A program made the translations under genes and the position numbers. Of a DNA stretch of 21,422 bases, positions 10,131-16,836 are shown one piece after another. The notes under the pieces are model-generated. The model searched no databases. It saw only the letters and a program-made list of their open reading frames with translations, and had not been told where the DNA came from. This stretch comes from Candidatus Omnitrophota bacterium (GTDB lineage: Bacteria > Ratteibacteria > UBA8468 > MWAK01), in the NCBI GenBank assembly GCA_043826355.1, contig JBDRQI010000027.1, forward strand, positions 1-21,422, given 5' to 3'. Every line of letters begins with the position of its first letter. Within the stretch, counting starts at the first letter, position 1.

Positions 10131-11461
10131 CTCCCCTCTTTCCCTGAGGGCGCATACGGATTCCGAATCAGTAAAGGGTCCCCCCAGACGATATTATTCT
10201 TAGGGTTTGCCCACTTTCCCGTCTTGTCCTTCACGGCCAGCTCTAAAAGACCTCCGGATAAGGCGGAAACTTCTACACGCTCAGCCGGATATTTATCGCT
10301 GAATATTTGTTTAAACACCCGCTTTCCGCAAATCTTAACCTGAACCTGAATTTTGCCGCCCCGGCCAAGTTCCGAATGAAGTCCTACGGCACACTTAAAT
10401 CTGGTATAAACGTTGGCGGGAAGCTCATAGACTATTCTGTATTCCGCATGACATCCGGTTCCCATTCCCTCGGCAAAGACTACGACTTGCACCTTCCCCC
10501 CTCTTTTCAGTTTTAGCCTGAGAGGAACCGGTCTCCGATTATTATCAAGACAGCAATTCCGGATAATGGGTGTAAACCGGTACGGGATGGATAGATGCCG
10601 GGGAAAACTTACCGGTTTCAATGAATTGAGATGAATCTTTTTCAGATATTTCACCTGTTGCTTCTCAAACCTGGAGAAAGCGATGCAGGAAGCGGTATGG
10701 AGGGCGTCAGCAACAATCTGGGCAGAGGTTTTATTTACTTCTGACCGCATACTATTTGCTTGGTTTCTTCTACCGGAAAAAGTATGGAGCACAATCGGAA
10801 CCATCCGGAGACGATTGTGCGTAATTACCTCGCAGTATCTTTGATAGAGATTAAAGACCGCTTCGAGAATTGACGTACCAAGTAATTTCGGGCGATAGCC
10901 CCTGAGATCAAAATCCGCGTCATCCGGTTCCGCCATAACCATGCCCGGGGTCAAGTACTTCATCTTTTCGGGAGGCAAAAAGAAACGGTCCAGGACAAAG
11001 ATGTCAGCACCATCCGGTCCTTCAAGGCAGTGCAGGCAGGCAGCCGCATCTTCCAGGACATGGATAAAGACTCCGGCAAATTTAGCGGCTTCTTCAATCT
11101 TGTTTTTTTTAAGGGTCTCCGCTATCTTCTGAAAGTAATATCGGAACCCCTTTTTAGCAAATTCCCAATTGGTGTTGGGCTGTTCCGACAATTTCTTCAA
11201 TCCATAACGCTTGCCTTTAAGGATAACCGACCAATAGTTGTATTCAACAGAGTTGCCGGGCAGGTAATGAAAAGGGATGTTTTTTAAAAAGAAAAGGTAG
11301 GGTAAAACCCTCCGGGTCCAGTCCGGGTCATAATATGAATCCGGATAAAAACAGTACTCATCTATGATGTTATCTGTCTCTTTTTCCCATACGTGCTGTT
11401 CCCATCCGGGCAACGTTTTTAACGCCTGTCTGGTTATCAGCCTATGTGCTTTCCCCGCCAT
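10127..11461 (-). CDS. Zinc-dependent phospholipase C / S1-P1 nuclease-like domain fused to C-terminal NPCBM/NEW2 (CBM51-like) domain
   Basis: N-terminal H-x-x-I-T-x-x-A, YPD, FHY and GVFIHVLEDAAACLH resemble the PLC/P1 metal-ligand pattern. C-terminal FAEGMG...YEL...YTRFKCAVGL...GKRVF...LELAV...VWGDPLL resembles NPCBM. RBS GAGG. Confidence 0.6.
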   Translation of the reverse strand: MAGKAHRLITRQALKTLPGWEQHVWEKETDNIIDEYCFYPDSYYDPDWTRRVLPYLFFLKNIPFHYLPGNSVEYNYWSVILKGKRYGLKKLSEQPNTNWEFAKKGFRYYFQKIAETLKKNKIEEAAKFAGVFIHVLEDAAACLHCLEGPDGADIFVLDRFFLPPEKMKYLTPGMVMAEPDDADFDLRGYRPKLLGTSILEAVFNLYQRYCEVITHNRLRMVPIVLHTFSGRRNQANSMRSEVNKTSAQIVADALHTASCIAFSRFEKQQVKYLKKIHLNSLKPVSFPRHLSIPYRFTPIIRNCCLDNNRRPVPLRLKLKRGGKVQVVVFAEGMGTGCHAEYRIVYELPANVYTRFKCAVGLHSELGRGGKIQVQVKICGKRVFKQIFSDKYPAERVEVSALSGGLLELAVKDKTGKWANPKNNIVWGDPLLIRNPYAPSGKEGR

Positions 11462-11543
11462 TTTTTCCTCAGGGTTGTCCCTTTTCAGGTTCTTACCCCC
11501 CCAGTCTTGGAATAATGCGGAAGCTGTCGGTTTTCTTTCCTGG

Positions 11544-11608
11544 ACTTCGCTCCCATCAAATCCTCTCTATATAAGTCGCTGCACCGCGCGCCTGAGAGGA
11601 TTTGAACC
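11544..11608 (-). repeat. 65-bp direct repeat of the tRNA-Arg 3' end, spacer and opening (A) motif
   Basis: Matches 14178-14242 at 63/65 positions. Confidence 0.95.
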
Positions 11609-11766
11609 ACTCCGGGCTCCCGGCGGATAGACCCCGGCAGTCTTGCGCTGCCAGGTTTGACATCCGCCTCCGCTTCGTTTTCGAGAGGTGTGCTTCCCCT
11701 CTCGAACAACTCACCCCCACCGAGACTGCGCGGGAAAATAACTTTTCCCGCACCCTTCGAGGTTCA
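11603..11766 (-). other. Multi-hairpin structured element inside a split tRNA 3'-half copy
   Basis: Bounded by TGAACC/GGTTCA. Internal inverted repeats: GGCGGAT/ATCCGCC (11622/11662), GGCAG/CTGCC (11636/11648), TTCGAGAGG/CCTCTCGAA (11680/11698) and GCGGGAAAA/TTTTCCCGC (11730/11743). Confidence 0.75.
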
Positions 11767-11919
11767 GGGGTTAGGAATGCACTTACGGTCAATTTCAAAA
11801 TCCTAACAGCAGTGCGGATACACAGGCTACAGCAACGGTTTTAGCTACTCCCCTATTTCGCTGCATCTCACTGCTTCTCACTGGATCTCACTACCGCATG
11901 GTCACAAATTGGTCACAAA
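11765..11919 (-). mobile_element. Putative att junction of a tRNA-targeting integrative element (anticodon-loop core plus accessory/arm repeats)
   Basis: CAGGGGTTAGGAA (11765-11777) equals tRNA 14250-14262 and ends exactly at the edge of the anticodon loop. A 10-bp tandem repeat occurs three times at 11861-11890, and TGGTCACAAA occurs twice at 11899-11919. Confidence 0.6.
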
Positions 11920-12090
11920 CCGGAATGTCCGTAATTTAATGGTTTATTTTACCACAAAATTTGAAATTTGATTGAAAATATTTACCCCTTTCCCTGCTTT
12001 TTTCTTTTATAAATAATGGAAACCGTTGTCATTATCAGGTTTTACCGATAAAATACTGTTTTTACAGCAGTTTGTAGATTGATTGAAATA

Positions 12091-12120
12091 TTGACCCTGG
12101 AATGGGAAAAGAAGTAAAAT
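12091..12120 (+). promoter_or_regulatory. Sigma70-like promoter for the isomerase-dehydrogenase pair
   Basis: TTGACC-N18-TAAAAT in an AT-rich intergenic region. Confidence 0.5.
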
Positions 12121-12126
12121 TTGAAA

Positions 12127-12159
12127 GTCCGGGACATTATCCAAAATAATGTCCCGGAC
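12127..12159. promoter_or_regulatory. Perfect 14-bp inverted repeat (operator or 5' hairpin)
   Basis: GTCCGGGACATTAT-CCAAA-ATAATGTCCCGGAC, starting 7 nt after the putative -10 box. Confidence 0.6.
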
Positions 12160-12258
12160 CAGCGGTAGATTACAAACCTGGAATTAGACGATTGCGGCAA
12201 CTACAGTCTGAAGACATCCAATTCAGTTATGTTTTTACATTAACAAACCAGGAGGAAC

Positions 12259-13095
12259 ATGAGACTCGGCGGGCCTGTTTTCGCAAAATACATCACACCG
12301 GAAGGCTGGATTACAAACCTGAAAAGGTGCGGATACAGTGCAGCATTTTGCCCGGTGGATAAAAATGTTGGTCCTGACAATATCCAAGCCTACGCCGAAA
12401 CAGCCGGAAAAGAAAATATCATCATCGCAGAGACCGGCGCCTGGTCTAATCCTTTAAGTACGATAACGGAAGAAAGAAATAAAGCCCTTGCCCTTTGCAA
12501 GGCCAATCTTGCCCTGGCTGAAGCGATAGCGGCAAGGTGTTGCGTCAATATTTCCGGCTCCCGCGGCGAACAGTGGGACGGCCCCCATCCGGATAATTTG
12601 ACAAAAGATACCTTTGACCTGGTAGTGGAAACGGCAAGAAAGATTATAGATGAGGTAAAGCCGACGAGAACCTTTTATGCGCTGGAGACGATGCCCTGGA
12701 TGTTCCCTGATTCAGCAGACAGTTACCTCTGCCTTATTAAGGCCGTCGACCGAAAACAATTTGCCGTTCACTTTGACCCCGTGAACCTGATCTGCTCTCC
12801 CCGGGCCTACTTTGAAAACGCGAGTTTAATTCGCGATTTTGTCAAAAAACTCGGGCCCTACATCAAAAGTTGCCACGCCAAGGATATTCTTCTGCGGGGA
12901 AATCTGACCGTCCACCTTGACGAGGTAAGGCCGGGTCTGGGAAAACTTGATTACCGGACCTATTTGAAAGAACTTGACAGGTTGGAACGGGAAACGCCTT
13001 TGATGTTGGAACATCTTGCCACGCCGGAAGAATACACGTCCGCCGCCAATTATATCAGGTTAACCGCGAAACAGATAGGCGTGACAATACTATGA
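12259..13095 (+). CDS. Sugar phosphate isomerase/epimerase (xylose isomerase-like TIM barrel)
   Basis: RBS AGGAGG. Metal-binding pattern ALETMP, HFDPVN, CHAKD, PGLGKLDY, LMLEH. Confidence 0.85.
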   Translation: MRLGGPVFAKYITPEGWITNLKRCGYSAAFCPVDKNVGPDNIQAYAETAGKENIIIAETGAWSNPLSTITEERNKALALCKANLALAEAIAARCCVNISGSRGEQWDGPHPDNLTKDTFDLVVETARKIIDEVKPTRTFYALETMPWMFPDSADSYLCLIKAVDRKQFAVHFDPVNLICSPRAYFENASLIRDFVKKLGPYIKSCHAKDILLRGNLTVHLDEVRPGLGKLDYRTYLKELDRLERETPLMLEHLATPEEYTSAANYIRLTAKQIGVTIL

Positions 13096-14081
13096 AAAGA
13101 AAAACGGAATACGGTATCATGTTCACCCAAAAAGAATCTGCCCGGTTGTCGCCGATTACCGACGTTATCAGGGAGATTGGACCAAAAGATATTAGCGGGA
13201 AAACCATAGCAACTCTTATCAGCCCCGGAACAGAACTTGCCGTATACCGGGGTTTTTCCAATAATTTTCCTTGTGCGTCGGGATACGCGGCAATATTTGA
13301 GGTAGAGTCTATCGGCCAAGAAGTAAAAAACATAAAGATAGGGGATAAAGTTTTTTGCGCGGGCCCCCACCGCTCCTTCCAGGTTGTGAATGAAAACGAT
13401 GTTTTAATCTTACCGGAAAAGCTATCTCCCGCTAACGCGGTTTTTGCCAGAATGATGGCAATCAGCATGACTACTTTGACTACCACAAACGCCAGGCCTC
13501 CCGCAAAGGTTCTTATCACAGGCCTTGGTCTGGTTGGCCATCTCGCAGCAAGAATTTTCGCGCATTGCGGTTACCGGGTTTTTTCGTGCGATCCATCGGC
13601 TTTAAAGCGGAAAACCGCAACCGGACAAGGGGTTCGGAATATATTTGAAACTGTTCCTTTTAACAATCCGGAAGTTGCGGGACAGATAGACCTGGTAATT
13701 GAATGCTCGGGAAACGAGCAGGCGGTTATTGACGGCTGTCGGATTGCAAAGCGTGGTGCCGAAATAGTTCTGGTAGGCGTACCCTGGAAGAAACAAACCG
13801 ATATTCTGGCACACGAATTATTATCTCTGGTCTTCCATAACTACATTGTCTTACGCAGCGGCTGGGAATGGTCGCTCCCAATACACCCGACGCCTTTTCA
13901 GAAAAATAGTATATTTGAGAATCTGGCGGGTGCGCTGCAGTGGTTGGCCGAAGAAAAAATCAACGTGAACAACTTAGCTACGGTATCATCTCCAGATAAA
14001 GCCCAGGAAATTTACCAAGACTTGTTGTTTGGTCGAAACAAAAAATTATCAGTAGTGTTTGATTGGAGTTTGGTTGTGTAA
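13092..14081 (+). CDS. Medium-chain dehydrogenase/reductase (zinc-binding ADH-like family)
   Basis: LISPGTE, GY..IFEV..IG..V....GDKV, Rossmann motif ITGLGLVG, DLVIECSG and IVLVG. ATGA overlap with the upstream gene. Confidence 0.85.
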   Translation: MKRKTEYGIMFTQKESARLSPITDVIREIGPKDISGKTIATLISPGTELAVYRGFSNNFPCASGYAAIFEVESIGQEVKNIKIGDKVFCAGPHRSFQVVNENDVLILPEKLSPANAVFARMMAISMTTLTTTNARPPAKVLITGLGLVGHLAARIFAHCGYRVFSCDPSALKRKTATGQGVRNIFETVPFNNPEVAGQIDLVIECSGNEQAVIDGCRIAKRGAEIVLVGVPWKKQTDILAHELLSLVFHNYIVLRSGWEWSLPIHPTPFQKNSIFENLAGALQWLAEEKINVNNLATVSSPDKAQEIYQDLLFGRNKKLSVVFDWSLVV

Positions 14082-14201
14082 CACCGCGCGCCTGAGAGGA
14101 TTTGGCGCCGCTCGGCTTTCACTGCGCCTCGGGTCGGCCCCCCGCTGGCATTGCTCCCTAATCGGTCGCAACACCTTACTTCGCTCCGTTCAAATCCTCT
14201 C
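14082..14201 (-). repeat. tRNA-linked element E1 (cargo-free copy directly behind the tRNA)
   Basis: On the - strand it reads GAGAGGATTTGAACGGAGCGAAGT...GTGAAAGCCGAGCGGCGCCAAATCCTCTCAGGCGCGCGGTG. The terminal inverted repeat GAGAGGATTTG/CAAATCCTCTC is followed by the tRNA acceptor 3' strand. Confidence 0.88.
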
Positions 14202-14220
14202 TATATAAGTCGCTGCACCG

Positions 14221-14295
14221 CGCGCCTGAGAGGATTTGAACCTCCGGCACAGGGGTTAGGAACCCCTTGCTCTATCCGGGCTGAGCTACAGGCGC
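14221..14295 (-). tRNA. trnR: tRNA-Arg (anticodon CCT), CCA not encoded
   Basis: Reverse complement is GCGCCTG TA GCTC AGCCCGGATA GAGC A AGGGG TTCCTAA CCCCT GTGC CGGAGG TTCAAAT CCTCT CAGGCGC G, a complete cloverleaf. Confidence 0.96.
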
Positions 14296-14474
14296 AAAAA
14301 TGCACAAGAATGCAAAAAACAATATGGGCAGGTTAGCATAAACCACAACAGAAAGCGGCCGTTTAGAAAAAAATCTACTTGCCAAAACAAGTAAAGCCTG
14401 ACCGGCCGGGCGTGTCGCGTATGTTTGGTTCTTTCCTGATATGTTTTTTACCGTTTTGCTGTACGCTCTGTTTC

Positions 14475-14678
14475 TCAATCCGGCACCTGATACCACACGG
14501 AAAGAAATAGGACATTTTCGCTGGCGCCGCTCATCCCGGTGGGCGCCTGCCCGAAACATTCCCGAATCTCCTTTATGTCGGTAATTTTTTCTTCCTTAAT
14601 CCACCCGTTAACCTCACCATCCAGATAGATAAGCGCGCTGCGCGTCGTCCCGGTAACAAAATGTTTAACTGTCAGCAC
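14475..14678 (-). CDS. Small hypothetical protein (67 aa)
   Basis: GTG start preceded by AAAGGGGGTGAGG, with an extended -10 upstream. Composition is globular-like and no longer ORF overlaps it convincingly. Confidence 0.65.
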   Translation of the reverse strand: MLTVKHFVTGTTRSALIYLDGEVNGWIKEEKITDIKEIRECFGQAPTGMSGASENVLFLSVWYQVPD

Positions 14679-14716
14679 TTTTCCTCACCCCCTTTAACTA
14701 ACATCAGATCGTATAC

Positions 14717-14725
14717 ATTATATCA
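14717..14725 (-). promoter_or_regulatory. Extended -10 promoter element
   Basis: TGATATAAT on the - strand, about 40 nt upstream of the 67-aa gene. Confidence 0.5.
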
Positions 14726-14766
14726 GAATCCGGGTGGAAATAAAACCGCGTCTTCTTTCGCTAAAA

Positions 14767-14796
14767 TTGACAGGAGCTTCTTTCCGGGTGTAGAAT
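14767..14796 (+). promoter_or_regulatory. Sigma70-like promoter
   Basis: TTGACA-N18-TAGAAT upstream of the LysM gene. Confidence 0.6.
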
Positions 14797-14839
14797 AGTA
14801 AAATAAAATCATATAAGACAAAAATTGTCGGAGGAGATG

Positions 14840-15673
14840 ATGACCAAATATATAATTGGATGTTTAATTTCGCTCTTGCTGATTGTGCCAACGGCGTTAG
14901 GCGCTGAAGGAGCCGGCGGATACCTGGAAGGCGGGCCTTCGGAAACCTTTGAAACGCCGTCTCTTGACCTCCAGCGGTCCCATTACGGAACCTTTGAGAA
15001 AGAACAGGAATTTAAACCGGTGCGGTCCCGCACCAGGGAAGCGAAACCCCTGGTTGAACCGGTCATCAAGGAAGTGCCCACCTTTGCCGAAGCGGAGGCC
15101 GCCAAGGTAAAAGCCGCTGCGGAAACAGCGATGGAAGTAAGCCAAAGAGCGGAAGCGGCGGCGATTGAGGCACGGCAGGCCGCCGCTCAGGCGAAAACGG
15201 CCAGCGAACAGGCAATCGCCTCAGCCAACCAATCAATTCAAACCGCAAACCAAGCGATCGATAAAACCAATCAGACGATTGACCAGGTTAACGCAATCAA
15301 CGAGAAAGTGATGCAGGAGAACGCAAAACTCCGGTTTGAGATGGAACAGAAAGCCCAGGCGCTGGAACAGACAGACCAGGGGCTGTCAGACGAAATGGAA
15401 AACCTGAAAAAGGAGATTGAAAAACTTACCATAAAGGACGCCGGAAAAGCATTCTCCCTTTATACGGTTAAGAAAGGCGATTTCCTGATTAAAATTGCCG
15501 GCAAGGAAGGTGTTTATGGCGAAGGGGGTGCCTGGAAGAAGATCTATCAGGCGAACCGCGATAAGATTAAAAACCCCAACCTCATCTACCCGGGGCAAAA
15601 ATTGCAGATTCCCAGGCCGGATGGCGCCACAGGCATAAAAATAAAGTCCGTTGAAAAGGGGGAAAACCGGTAG
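14840..15673 (+). CDS. Secreted coiled-coil protein with C-terminal LysM peptidoglycan-binding domain
   Basis: Signal peptide ending ALG, an Ala/Gln-rich coiled coil, and LysM YTVKKGDFLIKIA...WKKIYQANRDKIKNPNLIYPGQKLQIP. The start is the ATG at 14837 or 14840, after GGAGGAG. Confidence 0.88.
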   Translation: MTKYIIGCLISLLLIVPTALGAEGAGGYLEGGPSETFETPSLDLQRSHYGTFEKEQEFKPVRSRTREAKPLVEPVIKEVPTFAEAEAAKVKAAAETAMEVSQRAEAAAIEARQAAAQAKTASEQAIASANQSIQTANQAIDKTNQTIDQVNAINEKVMQENAKLRFEMEQKAQALEQTDQGLSDEMENLKKEIEKLTIKDAGKAFSLYTVKKGDFLIKIAGKEGVYGEGGAWKKIYQANRDKIKNPNLIYPGQKLQIPRPDGATGIKIKSVEKGENR

Positions 15674-15740
15674 TCCAAGTTCCAAAATAGATATCTGATG
15701 CAGGCGGAAAATAATTGGCCCCCGGCCAGACAGAATAGAA

Positions 15741-15822
15741 ATAAAAGGCATCAGGACTTCAGAGCGGCAAGGCACTTCGCCTTGGTGTTGTTATACACTT
15801 GAAGCCCTGATGCCTTTTTTAT
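15741..15822. other. Long stem with two internal hairpins directly upstream of phoH (terminator or cis-regulatory RNA candidate)
   Basis: AAAAGGCATCAGGACTTCA (15743-15761) pairs with TGAAGCCCTGATGCCTTTT (15800-15818) at 18/19 positions. Inner pairs are CAAGGC/GCCTTG and GTGT/ACAC. Confidence 0.55.
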
Positions 15823-15825
15823 GAT

Positions 15826-16836
15826 ATGAAGCGCATAAAGTTGATTGACAAGGAACTGGCCCGTTCCTTTTTCAGCCAGTTCGACCAAAACATCCGTCAG
15901 TTGGAGGATGAATTTGGGGTAATGGTTGCCGGGCGTGGCAGCGAACTGGTCATCAAGGGCGCCCGGAAAAAAGTGCTGGCAACAATGTCGGCCATCGAGG
16001 ACCGATTAAAACAGATCAAAAGCAAACACGATTTCCGGTCTTCAGCCGTAGTCCAACCGCCGATTGAGAAATCCGAGAAAAAAGATGTTATTTTCATCGG
16101 TTCCAAGCGACAAGTAATTCTGGCCCGGCCCGGCGGCCAGAAGGCTTACGTTCAGGCCGTCCGTGATAACGACGTGGTGGTTGGCATTGGACCAGCCGGT
16201 ACCGGGAAGACCTACCTGGCCATAAGTCTGGCGATAGAACACCTCAAGCAGAATAAGGTTGAACGTATCGTTATCTCGCGGCCGGCGATTGAGGCCGGCG
16301 AAAAATTAGGTTTTTTGCCCGGGGACCTGGAGGAGAAGGTGCGGCCCTATCTTCAGCCGGTTTATGATGCTCTTTACGACCTTATCTGGCCGGAAGAAAT
16401 CCGGCGGCTGATGGAGCACCGCATTATTGAAATCCTGCCGCTGGCCTACATGCGCGGCCGGACTCTTTCGGACGCATTCATCGTCCTGGATGAAGCCCAG
16501 AACGCTACGCCGGAACAGATGAAGATGTTTCTCACCCGGTTAGGCATGGGCTCCCGGGCAATCATCACCGGAGATATAACCCAGTCGGATTTACCGGCAG
16601 AGCGGACTTCGGGATTGGAAGATATTGAGGGGTTTTTGAAGAAGGTTAAAGGCATTAAGTTCGCCTACCTGACCGAAGAAGACGTGGTGCGTCATCCTTT
16701 GGTCCGGGAGATTATTCTGGCTTATGAAAAAGAAAAGCAAAAAAAACGTTCGGCCGGGGTTTTACGTGCGCAACCTCCAACGCAAAGTAAAAATAGACGT
16801 AAAAAATCTCCGCCGGAGGATAAGTCAGGCGCTTGA
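15826..16836 (+). CDS. phoH: PhoH-family ATPase (YbeZ-like)
   Basis: GPAGTGKTYLA, RPAIEAGEKLGFLPGDL, PLAYMRGRTL, LDEAQN, GDITQSDLP and DVVRHPLV. Confidence 0.96.
   Translation: MKRIKLIDKELARSFFSQFDQNIRQLEDEFGVMVAGRGSELVIKGARKKVLATMSAIEDRLKQIKSKHDFRSSAVVQPPIEKSEKKDVIFIGSKRQVILARPGGQKAYVQAVRDNDVVVGIGPAGTGKTYLAISLAIEHLKQNKVERIVISRPAIEAGEKLGFLPGDLEEKVRPYLQPVYDALYDLIWPEEIRRLMEHRIIEILPLAYMRGRTLSDAFIVLDEAQNATPEQMKMFLTRLGMGSRAIITGDITQSDLPAERTSGLEDIEGFLKKVKGIKFAYLTEEDVVRHPLVREIILAYEKEKQKKRSAGVLRAQPPTQSKNRRKKSPPEDKSGA

Noticed and set aside
11586..11777. Intron-containing or second functional tRNA gene
   Set aside because: No 5' half (acceptor 5' strand, D-arm) lies beyond 11777, and the insert shows no recognisable group I or group II intron core.
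9141..14242. CRISPR array interpretation of the recurring repeats
   Set aside because: Spacing is irregular (about 130 nt to 2.5 kb), the repeats derive from the tRNA, and no cas genes are present.
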